From: Podarcis bocagei
Lineage: Eukaryota
DNA length: 64,000 bases
Assembly (NCBI GenBank): GCA_964188305.1
Contig: OZ076895.1
Reading direction: 5' to 3' (one strand)
This document shows, one piece after another, positions 24,252-38,238 of this stretch. Position 1 is the first letter of the stretch. Every line of letters starts with the position of its first letter. Below the pieces are notes generated by a model, which saw only the letters and a list, made by a program, of their open reading frames with translations, was not told the origin of the DNA and searched no databases. Made by a program: the position numbers and the translations under genes.

Positions 24252-24957
24252 TTATCAATCCAGCCAATGCCGTCAGTCCCATGTTAACTCTGCCAGTCTT
24301 CAGCTCCCTCCTCCCCAGTCACAAGTAGGAGGGAAATACACTCTTGAGATGTTTGTTGGCTTGCAAGTTGCTTCAGAGTAAAAGGGGGGGACCCACCCTG
24401 CTCTGCCCTTTGAGCCTCTTCTGTATCTCCCCCCACCTCATTATGCTCCCCATTTTCTCCTATAAGGCTATGCCAAGGGTGGACCTTGACTAATGCCCCC
24501 GGATGTGGTGGAGGGCACATGAGGCATCCTGCCCAATGTTGAAGGTGCTTGCAAAGAGGTTTTTTTGCTATCCCAGGAACAAGTGTGCCATCTGAAAGCA
24601 TGGCTGGCAATGTTCTTCAAATACGAAGGGCATCTCTATTGCCAGAGAATGCCAAAATGCAAAAAACATAAATTTCATTTAATATTTTTTGTTCTGTAAA
24701 ATTTTATCCATTCTTTCTGGTTTGGCCTGGTTTATAAAAGAAAAGCAAATTTTCCTGGCAATAATAATATAAATTTTGTTCGTATTTTGTTCAGTTAAAA
24801 TTTATCCATTCCATTCTTTTTATTTTGGCCTGGTTTAGAAAAGAAAATTAACAAACAATCAAATAATTGGTGTTGTGTGATGTATACATTCAATGGAGAC
24901 TCAACAGTGAATTATATTTGCATAGCTAAGTGTGACACTGATTTTTTTTTCTTGTAT

Positions 24958-25310
24958 AGATGTGGGTGGCGTTGTGGGTTAAACCACAGAGCCTAGGACT
25001 TGCCGATCAGAAGGTCGGCGGTTCAAATCCCCATGACGGGGTGAGCTCCCATTGCTCAGTCCCTGCTCCTGCCAACCTAGCAGTTTGAAAGCACGGCAAA
25101 GTGCAACTAGATAAATAGGTACCGCTCCGGCGGGAAGGTAAATGGTGTTTCCGTGCGCTGCTCTGGTTCACCAGAAGCAGCTTAGTCATGCTGGCCACAT
25201 GACCCGGAAGCTGTACGCCGGCTCCCTTGGCCAATAAAGCGAGATGAGCGCCACAACCCCAGAGTCGGTCATGACTGGATTTAATGGTCAGGGGTCCCTT
25301 TACCTTTTTA
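24958..25310 (+). mobile_element. Sauria SINE, full length
   Basis: gggtggcgttgtgggttaaacc..gatcagaaggtcggcggttcaaatccc..ccaacctagcagtttgaaagc..aataggtaccgc..gctggccacatgacccggaag..(acctt) tail. Confidence 0.9.
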
Positions 25311-26199
25311 ATGTAATTACATTCTTAGGGAACCTTTGATATCTATGCTACTAGTTACTTTTACAGCTTTAATTTTAGAGAAAATGTGCTATAATTGGTA
25401 CAATAGTACTATAACATAACAGTTGTAACAATATGTTAAGTAAAAATATATCAGTTTTAGAGTTAGACCCATAAGTAGTAGCAGTTTGCCAGGACATTAC
25501 CATGTTCACCTCTGCATAGCTCCAGCCTTACTTCAGATATTGTGATATACTGAAATATCACAATGTTTAACTGATGATATATCGTGATGTTGAAAACCAG
25601 GTATCACCCAGCCCTATCATACACCCCTCAACATACCCTACTTCATAAAGAAAAACAAAATAAAATAAAAAAGCAACAAAGAGCACTGCCTCCATGATAT
25701 TCGTCTTAATGATCTGGGTTGAAGGGTCTCTTAGCTGTGTCCTAGTCTCTCACATACAATCATAGAACTGTAGAGTTGGAAGGGACCACAAGGATCATCA
25801 AGTCCACAGTATTAATTTTTAAGCACCCTTTATTCCTCCCATTTATTGTATTTTTGTCCTGTTTTTCCTCAGTGACCATGCTTCATTCCAAACATTACCT
25901 TCCATTTTACTAGTGAGAAGGTACACTTCATTAATAGAGGATGGCTTGATGTATCAGGCACCTGTTGACTCGTGTGAAGGTTGCAAAATCCTGGATTGCT
26001 GAAGGTGGTTGGTTTCTTAAAAATATCTCCAGGAAAGTGAAATTAAATTCTGCTGCACCTAGCCTGGAGCTCTTAAAAGAAGCAGATGCTATCATGATAT
26101 GCAGAAGCAGGTAGCACAATGGAAATAATTGGGGGTGGGGGAGTGAATACTTTCCAAGCAGAATTTTCCATTTTTAACTCTGAAATTCACATTGTAAAA

Positions 26200-26915
26200 C
26201 TTGATGTTCAGTTTTGGGGGCTAATCTGTGTTTGTGACACCAGCTCAGGGTTGGTGCGAGCAGCTGCCTTAGATTAAGTTAGTCAAGCCTCCGGGATTGA
26301 AGCCCTGGTATTAGACTACTGCAGTATGTTGTACATGGTCCTAAGATAGCTTAGGAACAGCAGTTAGTCCAAAATACAGCTGTGATACTATGAAGTAGGG
26401 TGGTTTAGGCCTGGGCTTCACCAACTGCAAAAGCTCCACGGCAAAGTGCTGATTTTTCACTTTTGATGCTCTTCAGGCTTGGAACCATGAGACCCATAGG
26501 ACCACTGGTCCCCGCAGGTGCCTGCCCACAGTTGAAGGTCTTCAACAGAGGCCCTTATTCAGGTGCCCCCACCATCAGAAGCATGGCAGGTCACTGCAGA
26601 ATAAAGTGCTCTGCAGTCGCATGCTGAATGTGGAATGCTTTTTCCAGGAAGACTCCCCTGGCACCCACCTTGATGTCATTTCATTTATTTTCCCAGGCTT
26701 TCCAAGCTTCTGTAAACTGATTGTAGACAGCTTGGTATTTGCTTTTGAATCTGCTAGACGATGTGTTTATAATTATATTTTACATTTTGGCATTGTAATA
26801 TTTTAGTTTTAAATGTGCTTCATTGTGATTTGTAAGGGTTGTTTTTTTGTTTTTTTGTTTTGTTTTTTTGGTAAGTTACCCCCTTCTGGAGAACTGTTGA
26901 AGGGTGGGGTATGAA
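26200..26915 (+). mobile_element. Highly degenerate L2 3' fragment
   Basis: Remnants such as ttagactactgcagt..cagcagttagtccaaaatacagctg and an L2-type 3' UTR. Confidence 0.5.
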
Positions 26916-28571
26916 ATAAAACTTGTGTTCATAGCAGGGCAGGGCAGCTTTCAAGCTGGAAGCAAGACAGGCCCAGGAATCAGTACAAAAGCTTATTTTG
27001 AGCTTTAAATATAAGCCTCTATTTTCTTATAATGTGACATGAGCTGACATGGTGTGAAACAATAAAATTAGAGCGATATATTCAAATACACCCACCCCAC
27101 TCAGCCATGAAGCTCTATGGGCGATCTTGGGCTAGTCACAAGCTCTCAGCCTCACCTAATTCAAAGAGTTGTTTGAGAATTTAAATGACAGAGGACCACA
27201 TCCACAGGTTTCAGTTGCTTAGAGAAAAGGCAGGACACAAATGTACATAATAGATATTCATTTAAAAAATGTTTTTAAAATCCTATCAAATTTTAGAACA
27301 TTTTGATTTACACATTTTGTTGTTTCTTAGTTTAAATATCAACTATACTTTGGAGTTAGGAACCCCATGCGCATCGCCTTGTCTGTTGATTTTTGCCTTC
27401 AAAGCGGTCCAGAAAAGAGGCTTTCATCCCTAGAATACAATCAATCAGAACCTTCATTGTACAAATTCTGCTAAATTAATGGAGTTTAACAAGACGACAT
27501 CCACATTCCTGCACAATTCACATGCATTTCTCAAAATTACCTTTAAGTAGATTGTGCCAAAATTATTTTACTTTAATTCCACACCAGGAAAAACCAACAG
27601 AGGCCACAATAGGCACACATACAGCTTTTAAAACATGAATTCCTTTTTGTGCATCTCACTTTAATCCAAAATAGACATTTAACAAGAACCTTTTCACAGC
27701 TCGGAAACTTCCAAGCCATGCTCTGTCTTAGATCCTGAAGCTTTTATCAGTGTTAAGGAAAAATCAGAGAGAACAGAATGAAGGGCAAAAGTTGCCTTCC
27801 TAATAACCTAAACCAGATATCCATCTTCTATCGTACAGTTAAGTGCAAAGAACTAAAGCATATTCTGCCGGGAAGGGGGGGGGGGAAACAAAAATGAAAG
27901 ATAAAAAAAATCTGTAAGAGCTGAAGTTGCTCGACATCCTATAGCTTAATAAGGGGGATGATTAAGAAGACAGCATGTTAATTTTCTAGCACTAGAAAAA
28001 AAGATTTATAACAATTATATTTATTAATTTCACCTTGACAGTAATGTACCAATTAAAAGGGAAATTAATTACACACCTTACAATTGCATAGTTGAAAGTC
28101 AAAAACTTACTAGACAAGTTAATCCTAAATTAACACAGTAAAAAGGGGGGAAAGGAGGTAAAGAATTCTTGCAAATGATAAATGAGGATAAACATTTGCA
28201 AAATGGACTGCTCAGAATTAAGAACCGGCAGGAGGGGAGGGGGGCTCCTATACTACAGAGGGTCTTTTCCGTGGTAGCACCCAAGGACTGCAGAAAACTG
28301 GTAGAAAACGAACACCAGAAGGCAACATTGATTCAGCTCTAGTTCAAAGCTTGCAAGGCGTTCATATTCATAATCACCGGTGCTTGACTTTGAGTTGTAG
28401 TGATTGTGATTTTTATTTTATGATTGCTTCCTAAAACCTGAATTTTCCTACTGCTAATCATTCCTGAAATAGAAACATGGTACATGCATATTCTTTTTGG
28501 GCCAAATAGATACAGCAGTTTTTTCACCACTGCCATGATCCAAAATTCTCCAAATACCATCGACTGTTTCT

Positions 28572-28876
28572 TGATTGTTGTTGTTGTTTAGTCGTTTAGT
28601 CATGTCTGACTCTTCGTGACCCCCTGGACCAGAGCACGCCAGGCCCTCCTGTCTTCCACTGCCTCCCGCAGTTTGGTCAGACTCACATTAGTAGCTTCGA
28701 GAACACTGCCCAACCATCTCGTCCTCTGTCGTCCCCTTCTCCTTGTGCCCTCCATCTTCCCCAACATCAGGGTCTTTTCCAGGGAGTCTTCTCTTCTCAT
28801 GAGGTGGCCAAAGTATTGGAGTCTCAGCTTCAGGATCTGTCCTTCCAGTGAGCACTCAGGGCTGATTTCCTTCAGA
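28572..28876 (-). mobile_element. BovB (RTE) LINE 3' end
   Basis: ORF 28600..28929 has ISPECSLEGQILKLRLQYFGHLMRREDSLEKTLMLGKMEGTRRRGRQRTRWL..LREAVEDRRAWRALVQGVTKS, with a (CAA)n tail. A second small fragment lies at ~43985-44080. Confidence 0.92.
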
Positions 28877-29329
28877 AGGCTGATATGTACATTCAAATAC
28901 CTTGTTGCTAGTGAAATCGAAAAGGGCAAATGTTCACCCCGTTATTACTTCACCCATGGAAGTATAAAGAAAGAGATGTGATCATTGTTGCCATTTGAAG
29001 ATTCCTGCAGCTGCCTAGGAAGCCCAGTGCTTAAGGATGACAAATGATGTGCAAAGGTTAGGAGGGATAATCTCAAATCTGTCCATATGAGCTTTAGAAC
29101 AGGCATGCAAATTTAATGTGAAGAGCCTCTAACCCAAGCAAGGGCAGATATACCTGCAGGCAATTTGGTTTAGTTCCAGAATGCGGAAATTCAATTGTCA
29201 AGCAGGCCTTAAGGACATCTGATAAACTTTTCCTTTTAAAGCAAAATGATTTCAGGAAACCACAGCTCCGTAGAATACAAAAAAGAAAAAGAAAAATCTT
29301 GTTCCCAATCTCCAGGGTGTTTGAAGGAA

Positions 29330-30310
29330 ACTCCAGAACAGGAATTAATTGGCAAGAAAAGATGCCGGTATTTGTAGCTGCTTCCGTGAGAGCACACCAA
29401 CACTCCTTCCAAGGCATCCTACTTGCAGATACAGAAGGCAGAATCACACAACACAATTTTTAGATAATGTACAGAACATCCTCATTACTGCTAGCATCCA
29501 ATGTCTTGAGGTAAGGGCATGGACAATTTATCCACAAGTTATACCAGGAAAAGGACTCTTCATACTCCTCAACGAGAGAGGATGCACACCTAAGCTTCAC
29601 AAGATGATTGCGTCCTTCCATGTGCACCACTGTCCAGTGTGACAGCTCATCCTCAGATACCTTTCCTATAAAGAGTGACGTGAAACAGGGCTGTGTTCTT
29701 GCCCCAACTCTCTTTGGCGTATTCTTCTCCCTGGTGCTCTCCTATGCCTTCACTGTGTACTTTCACTCAAGGAGCAGCGGGGGTCTGTTCAACCTGGCAT
29801 GTCTCTACCCCAACACAAAACTGTGGCTGGCCCTTATCTGGGAGATGCTGTTTACAGATGACACAATCTTGACAGCCCACTCCGAGGAAGCGCTACAGAG
29901 ACTCACCAGCTGTTTTGCCCAAACCTGCAGGGAGTATGGCTTTACTATCAACCTAATGAAGACCAATACCAGCGTGGGCGACCAGACGCTTGGACAAGCA
30001 CATTGGCAAGGCAGCCACGGCAATGGCTCACATCTCCGAAAGGGTATGGGAGAATGTGATGCTAAGGTCAAATACCAAGATGAAGGTCTACCAGGCTTGC
30101 ATGCTGACCACACTGGGAGGCTTGCATGCTGTCCACTGGGAGGAACACACAGAGAAGAAATGCCCTGGTGCATCTACAACAGCACAACCAGACACCTTCA
30201 TCTGCCCCAGCTGCAAGAAGACATGTCTCTCCCATATCAGTCTCTACAGCCGCAGCCGGAGCTATAACTCTCCAACAGTTTGACGTCACTCCCGAGACAG
30301 ACAGATGCCA
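29330..30310 (+). mobile_element. Degenerate RTE-clade LINE fragment
   Basis: FPIKSDVKQGCVLAPTLFGVFFS..MLFTDD..HSEEALQRL..YGFTINLMKT (RT motifs), then IGKAATAM..VW..TKMKVYQAC and a FICPSCKKTCLSHISLYS zinc-finger-like end. Internally deleted. Confidence 0.85.
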
Positions 30311-30384
30311 ACCAATACCAAGGAGGATATTGGTTCAAAGACTCCTTGCTCCTAAGCACACCCCATTGCTGCCATAAACTAAGA

Positions 30385-30610
30385 ATGAATAAAATTGTCA
30401 TTTCCTAATCAAACATGAAAAACAGTCAGAAACCAGTAGGGGAGCATTTCAGTCTCCCAGAATATTCAACAGGCCTTCAATTCATTATACTCCAGGCAAT
30501 ATTTTCAAATGGTGAATCAAGTGTAAAACTCATTAGCAAATCTGACACTGTGGAACTTTGTGTCAACAAATCCTGAGAATGGCTAGCTGACTACAGGAAG
30601 TCCCTCTTTA
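30385..30610 (+). mobile_element. Old PLE GIY-YIG remnant
   Basis: cagaaaccagtaggggagcatttcagtctccca = QKPVGEHFSLP, matching EKPVGEHFNLP of the young PLE. Downstream aaactcattagcaaatctgacac resembles QLITKLKT. Confidence 0.65.
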
Positions 30611-33600
30611 GGTGCTTATTGATCTTGCTATGTCTATTTATCATCCCTGCCACTAGATGGGAGGGAACAGAGTTAAATTCATTCTGAGTTGGTCTCATAC
30701 CGATGTTGATTTGACCTTTTCTTCACCTGTTGTCTCATAATACTGTGACACATACCTATTCTTGTACTGCTTGACCTTTACACTTCCTTTTCTTGAAAAA
30801 TGAAATCCTCGACACAAACCATTTTCTTCTATGTACAATGGATATAGAAATGTACTGAGCTGACTACTTATACAAAGTGTGCATAGGTGAAATCACTCAA
30901 GGGTATCTCTCTGTGAGAGACAGACAGACAGACAGACAGAGAACAGAGGCAGAGAGACAGAAATTCCAAGAATAGAGTTAAAAGCCAGCAAAGAAAACAG
31001 CTCTGAACCCTTGATTAAGGTTTGCATTTAACTATCAGGCCCGATAAAAAAAAATCCAGCTGATGAGTAGCTATTTGGCCACACAGAGAGCTGTTATTTT
31101 CCATCCACTTTAATAATCAAAGAGTTCGGATTTGCTCCTAATGCGACATTGATGAACGGGAATGATGCAACCGTTGACAATGATGAACCAGAATGACGGG
31201 CTCAGGCTTGATTAAAATTAGCCCTTTTTTCTTTTCTTTTTACTGTGGAAGGCTACAAAAAGGAGGAGAAAGGAACTTAGCCTTCAAGCTTAAAATCTAT
31301 TTCTGTTGCAGATGAAAGCAGAGCATTTACTAGCCACAGGACAAGGAAGGCAATTAAGCCATTTGTGTGTATATATATATATTACCCACTGTAAACACCT
31401 GCAAGACATCTGCATTATGCTCTTTTCTATCAAAAACCACCAGCACGAGGTTCCCCAGTAACAGCTATATGAATTATCCTGCTCATGTACAGTTTACTCT
31501 CTCTCTCTTGAATAAAAGCACCATGTTCCCTTTTATCACAATGAATTTATGAATCCAGATGCACATCCTCTAATAGCACACAGAATGACAAAATCATGAC
31601 AGACAAACCTTCTGTCTCTTTCCGCCCTTACCTCTTCCAATCAGGATAACCCCCACTGTTCTTTGTTTTTGCTACTGGTCTTCAGAACCCCACTCAGCCA
31701 TTGGGTGTCTTTATGACACTGCCCAAGGGAAGCCGGACTAGGGATCGCCTCCTGAGCAATCAATCTGATTCATACTCTTCTAGAGGCTGGGCTTTGCTGC
31801 CCTACTCTCCAACCATCTTCTTTTGACCACATATATGAGACATACTGCATTTAGGCAAATAAGGAATTGCTAGTGAGATCAGGATAAGCAAGATTTCAAC
31901 GAAATCTTGGCAGGCAGGAATTGAAAGAAAGCTTCAAGTGGTCAAACCCAAGTCTTCTTCGTTTGGTGCGAAGGAGGAAGTTAGTAGGGCCAGGCCAGTA
32001 TCAGCACCAACCACACCACAAAGCAGACCTAAAATAGGTCTATCCTAGGAGTCTGCTGCTGGAGCTGAAAGCTTCAGCTGAACTCTGACATACAGCAAGG
32101 AAAAGGTTCCCTCCCCTGCTCTGAGTAGAGAGTAAGGCCAAGCACCATAGCCTTCACAGTTAGGCAGCCCGTACACCTCCTGCTGTCTTGCCCAGGACAC
32201 ATCTTGAGGTTGCACACTCCAATTCCCTTCTGTGCCTAAGGAGGGCTCCAGGGCCTGAGTGAAACAGTCCCGATTACCTTTAGGCTGTAGCCTCCTGCCT
32301 CAAGAACCCCAGTTCAAGCACTGAAAGTTCCTGACAGTGGCGAGAAGGGAGAAGAGTGCTGAATTATTTATTTTATTTATTTCCATACCTTCGGATCATG
32401 AAATTTCAAGGTAGTGCACACTGCTAAACACTTAAATTAAAACAACAACAACAATTAATTTAGAAACACAGGTCATCATTAAGGTGGCTGGCTAATCAAA
32501 AATTAAACAGCTGTAAAGGCCTGTCTGCACACACACAAAGAGAAGTCTTCAAGGGACACATGAAAGTCAAATGTGAGGATGTCTGCTGAATCTGTGCTGG
32601 AAGAGTGTTCCACAGCATGGGAGCAGCAACATGAAACACTCGGCTTATAGTTCACCCAAAACATATGCAAGGTACTGGAAAAGCTTAGCTTATTTTGCAA
32701 TCAGCCTATTTCATGTCAAGTAACTGCATATGTTTTAACTGCCTAAATTTCCTCCATCCCTTCTGCCATGTACACAGGCATGTCAATTCACACAGGTGCC
32801 CACACGTTTTGCGACCTGTGCAGTCAGAGCATTCAGTAGCTGTCAATATTTCAGGATCTCTGAGGAAAACGCTGAGAGCACTGGAGGCACAAGTATAATT
32901 ATTTTGTTCACTAGAGACAATAATTGGCTGGTTCAGAAGTAATGAGATAATTCAAATGTAAATTCATTTTTAAGCAGGAATATTAATAATGGCTAATCTA
33001 GAAAATTATATTGCAAACAAAAGAATATTTTGTTTATAAAAGGGGATAAGCAAAAATAGAAGGTTAGGGTTGTCCCAACTAATTTGCAGATGGGAGGTAA
33101 ATTCAAGATGCCTTGTCTCACAGTCAGAGAAACGTAATGGGTTTACCATTAGTGAAAAGGGAACCTCTCTGGAAGTCAAGGGTGGCAAATGTAGGTTAAG
33201 CACACCTGGAGTTTGGGTGCGGTGTTCCAACAAAATCAGCTACCTAGAAATGAGAGTTAAGAACTTGGGAGTAGATACAGTTAAGCAATGCCTATTGTGC
33301 CATATATGTTCACATAGTACAGGAGAAAGCCTAGTAACTAATCCAGGTGAGAAGTGTCTTTGTATTGTGTCTATCATTTAGATTTCTTGGAACTGAATGT
33401 CAAACAGGTGAGACTTGGAACAAATATTGCCATGCCTTTAGGTTGTGATCTATGTGAAAAAATAAGCAGATTACACTGGCATCCTCATCTCACATTTGCT
33501 CATCCACTCAGCCATTGGTTAGCAGTAGAGTAACATTTCCTTAAATATCCCTATCATTTGGTGGGTATTTTGCTGGATAAACATTAATACAGCAAAGGCA

Positions 33601-36600
33601 ATTCAGAGTCCACACCTAAGAACAAAGATATGGCCAGTTGGCATGTAAGTTCTATGAAGTTCTCCAAAGTTATTTCTGGGTACAGATTCCTCCCCCATTA
33701 CACACCATTGCTTAGAACCCCCAATCCTGAAACCAGATCCTGAAACTTTTTAAAGGAAAAAGGCTGAAATGATTGTTTAGTAGCAATCAATCAATCAATA
33801 CATGGCGGCTAAGCAAACATGAACAATCTTATCCCCAAAATAATTTGGTGAAGTTACAGACTTCACAAAACACAGGTTTTTATAGCAGAACTCTAAAATA
33901 AGTGATTAAAATGAAATGGGAGGGTGTGCTTCTCCTCTTGAAAGGCATACCTCAGTTCTGTGTTGAAGATGACAAAGGCAGCAGCTCACAGAGCAAGGTT
34001 ATATCTGCCTCTCTTTGAATAGTGGCATTTAGCAGAAAAAGTGGAGAAGTATTAGTCCATGTAAAGTTGTTTTTATTTACCATTTGAAGTCTCAACGGTA
34101 CATAATTAGAAGATGTTCAAAAGGACAAATGAGAAGTAGCCACAGAATGGGTGAAGGTTGCATATTATTGTTCAGATTATTTTTAATTTAAAAAACAACA
34201 ACCAAGAATATTAAGGTGCCTTAAAAGCTCCTCTCATCCATCACCCTGCCATTTAACCTCCACTAATTATACTTCAGCCATCCCTGATGTACGCTTACCT
34301 AATCCATGATCAATTCCATCAGCTTCTTTGGGAATTGCTTCCATTAGCCAGCTATTCCTTACAGGTAAGGTTTTCTTTCAAGCTTTATTCCCTGATTGCA
34401 CTCACATATCCTTTCTCTGGCAAAGCTTGCAGATTCAGGTTGAGCTCACACAAGCGATCACTTGGTGCAATGCATCTTTCCCCAAAGACCATGCTGGCTG
34501 TGGCTGAAGGGGGTTGCTTCCCAAACATCTGGGGGGCATCAGGTTGGGGAAGGCTGGTGTAACAGAAGAGAGCCAACTGCCTTGCCGCCCATTGTGAGGG
34601 AACCGTACAATACAGAAAGAGACCGTGGTGATTATGAAGAAAAGTAGAAAATTCATTATGACAGTCTAAAGGGAGTTCAGGGTTTATTGCTCATGGACGA
34701 TGGGATATGGCAGAAAATAAGCTTTCCATGTATTTAAGCGGCACTTTTTTCAAATCTAGTCCATTCAACTAAAACTGGTCTGTGAAAGAGCTCGCATTTT
34801 CTGAGACTTTGGACAGCCACAGACAGCTGAAATAGGCAACATTGGGCTAGGTAGATTGGTGGCTTGCCTCAAGGGCGTCATCTATGTTTCTTCATGTGCA
34901 CAACCATAAAGCAATTAATTTTTTAAGAAGCAGAGAAGTAAAAATAAGAGAGCACGCCATAGCATTAAGGGTAAATCTAGCAGGGTCAAAAGCTTGTTGA
35001 AATACAACTGTCCTTAGAGCTCAGCTAAGAATTTGTAGTGGTCATTTGAAGCTTTCAGGGGACGGAGTTCCATAGCTTGGAGGCCATTGCTGAAAAGACC
35101 TTTTCCCATCTCTTTCTGACTTCTGATTGTGGAGGGACATGAAGCAAAGTCTTGCATGAATATTTCATTACGCTTGATCTATTCAGAGGACTACTGGCTG
35201 TGCTGAGGAACAACTGCTTCATAACCAGATGCAATAGATGCGCCTACAGCAGTCAACCCCGAGACAACTCACAAAGCTACAAGCCAAGGCTTCATTTCTT
35301 TAAATTTCTTCACCCAATAGCCTTGGATTTCTTGTTTATGCATCTGCTACCTCTTTCCTCTAACTGCAGATGACAAGAGTTAAGCCGGAGATAACAGCTT
35401 AACCTTAAAAACTTGGAACCTCATTATGATTTCTATACATACCACCCACAGACAGACACATGAAGGAACAAGTCCAAAGCCCAAAGAGTAGAACTTAGCC
35501 CCATTAGCCCCTTCCCAAAAGTGAAGCCTATGCAGATACTCTTTGTCAAGAGTCATTTTCCTCCACTGCCAGCAGAACAAGCAGAACTGTATCTTGATTT
35601 AAGTTAAGGCAGAAATCAATAAGAGAGCCTTGACACTCAAATGTACTCTCAGTACTGGAACAAGCACTTATCATTCTTTCTCAAGGACAGCTTCAACAGC
35701 CAGCAGCTTCTGCTATATAAAGCCTCCATTAGCTTGTTCAGAAGGTATGTAAAATGCTGCACTTTTAGATGGTGAGAAATGTCATGCTGGGTCAAGACCA
35801 AAAGGTCCACCTGGTCCGGAACTTTGTTGTCTCCAATAGGGGCTAGCCAGGTCCTCCTGGGAAGTTCTCAAAGCAGGGCACAACCTGACTTTCCTCCCTT
35901 CCAAAAGATGGAGGATCCATTTAAATCAGCCTAATGGCAGCCACTGATAGAACTAACCTGCCCATGAGTGACAATTTTTTTTATAAAAGGGTAATCTGAG
36001 GCAATAGCTATCATTACATCCTGTGGCAATTAATTCTGGAACTTGAGATGGGGCATCCAAAACCACACACAATATTTCTAGTTATGGGTATACTGAATTT
36101 ATAATGGTATTAGAGTATTTTCCTCTTATATTTTCCTCCCAACACTGAATTTGCCTTTTTACATTGCCACAGAATACCGAGCTAAGGTTTCCAGTGAGCT
36201 GCTTTCTACTATGTTCACAACAACAACAAGGCTTGCCTGGATGGCCAAAGCCAATTTAGAGCTCATCAACAGGTACATTAAGATGAGATTGCTTTGCTCC
36301 CAAAGTGCTCCACTCCTGCTTTTACATTACATTTAATATTGCTTGTGCTTTTTTAAATGTACATTTTAAGGTTATGGAAGAGATGCAGTGAAGGCGGGAG
36401 GAGGCGAACGCAGGAGGAGGAAATAAATAATCACGCAAAAGGTTTTGTTTCATTGTTGAATTATATGGACCAGTAAATCCATGCCCAAAGCCCTACTCAT
36501 AAGCCAAATTCTTTCTCATTTCCCAGCTGGTATGCCTTCACCTAACTTCCATCTCAACCTATTTACTAGATATTGTACATATTTTCTTGGGCTTGGGTGC

Positions 36601-36651
36601 TGTTTGGGATTTTTTGGTGGGGGGTTGTTGTTGTTGTTGTTGTTGTGTATA

Positions 36652-36838
36652 CAGTAGTACCTCTGGTTAGGTAACCCTCTGGTTACGTAAACTTCGGGAT
36701 ACGAAAGCGGCAAACCCGGAAGTATTTTACCGGGTTTTGGCGCACGCGCATGAGCAGAAACAGTCCTCAGGTTGTGGAAACCTCGGGATCCAACCAGACC
36801 TCCAGAACGGATCCCGTCCACAACCAGAGGCACCACTG
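36652..36838. mobile_element. Tigger-like MITE
   Basis: TA|cagtagtacctctggtt ... aaccagaggcaccactg|TA. Confidence 0.88.
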
Positions 36839-37639
36839 TATTTGTTTTAGATCCTCCTGTGATTTATGTGAAAATTGTTCAGTTTGGTTGTGTGTTTTTT
36901 AACATTTTATTCATTGTTCATTACTGCTTCTGTTATGTTGTAGCCATGTAATTTTTCCATGTTGTAAGCTACTTTGAGCATGGTTTGAATTGTGAAACAC
37001 AAATAAAGTTATGAATACTCCCCTTTACCCTTTCCCTGTTCATGTCCCTTTCTGCACCAAGAGTCAATTACTAAGCCTAAGGGTTATGGCTGTGGAAAAG
37101 CAAGGAACCAAGACTGTCACCAAGGCTAATTAATAAGTTGGGCCTGCCTACATTATGTTCTGGATGTTCATGAACAGCAGTGCCTGCTCCCAGTGCCTGC
37201 CTAAATATAGGGGCCAGAGCATTAACCTTTCACATGCTCTCCACAACCTGCTCACTCCCCAATTCTTCCACTCCCTCAGCTTAGCACAGGATCTTGTTCA
37301 TTTGCAGTGAACAGAGCTGCACAAATTTGACCGGGGATGATTCTGGCTGGTTCCCTTGGTAACACCAGAAAGCAAGCAGACAAGTGCTATCAGAGGAACA
37401 CTGTGCAACCTTAGGCACCCTGGCAGGCAATTAATGGCCAAGATTTCAGCATCTAACTGTGTTAGGCTATGCTAGCACTTTCGGCTGCAGCTGCTGGGGC
37501 ACAACAGGAAGCAGGGCAGCAGCAAACACTTTACGTCTGAGAACACAAAAGCCAGTGTTTGCACCAGATCCACTGGATTCTCTCAGTCTGCCCTCAGGAT
37601 CCCCAGCTCAAATGTATGCCAGTGTCAAAGTGACAGCGA

Positions 37640-37667
37640 AATAATAATAATAATAATAGTAGTAGTA

Positions 37668-37710
<43 letters not shown>
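37640..37710. repeat. (AAT)n/(AGT)n microsatellite
   Basis: Direct reading. Confidence 0.95.
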
Positions 37711-37714
<4 letters not shown>

Positions 37715-38238
37715 TGCACCCTCACTATTGTACAGAACTCCTGGATAGTTACTAATGAGTGCATGTTCTCCAACACATATGCACATTCCTGAGTAGTATT
37801 TTTCTGCTTAAAACCACACACACAAACACAGAGGGGTGGGAGAGACTCTTAAGGAATCCCTGCTTGTTCTAAGATTTCATGCAAAAATTGTACATTCATG
37901 AAACTGGGGGAAACAGATGATTCAGTTTCAGAGCTGGCAGAGTGAAGGCACAGTCAAGGAGACGCTTGAAAGGCAGCCAGCAGATTGGAACCAAGCGGAG
38001 CCACCGCCTGGCATAGCAAGGCAAGGCAGATAAGGGGTGGGCAGGAAAGCAAATAAGCAAAGCCAGCATATAATTAATCAGGCCAGCAGCCTGGTCTGTA
38101 TGGTGAGGAATGGAACGAACTATCCTGGCATAGCTGTCTGACTGGATTCTTAAAAAGGAGTGCCCCCACACTGCAACATTTTGGTGCGAGCTCACCTGTT
38201 TAATTGCTACCAACATAACTCTGATGAGAGCTCCATAG

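Larger units (their letters stand above)
22677..25616. mobile_element. Non-autonomous hAT transposon, 2940 bp, with nested insertions
   Basis: tcatacac|tagggctg ... cagcccta|tcatacac: TIRs and a perfect 8-bp TSD (22669-22676 and 25617-25624). gatat/atcg-rich subterminal repeats occur at both ends. No transposase ORF. Confidence 0.88.

Noticed and set aside
30648-30664. CTCF-like motif gccactagatgggag
   Set aside because: Mismatch at the conserved GGC position and no other support.
31059-31095. CTGATGAG as hammerhead core or C/D-box motif (also at ~21339 and ~22354)
   Set aside because: No stem II plus GAAA and no convincing box pair with terminal stem.
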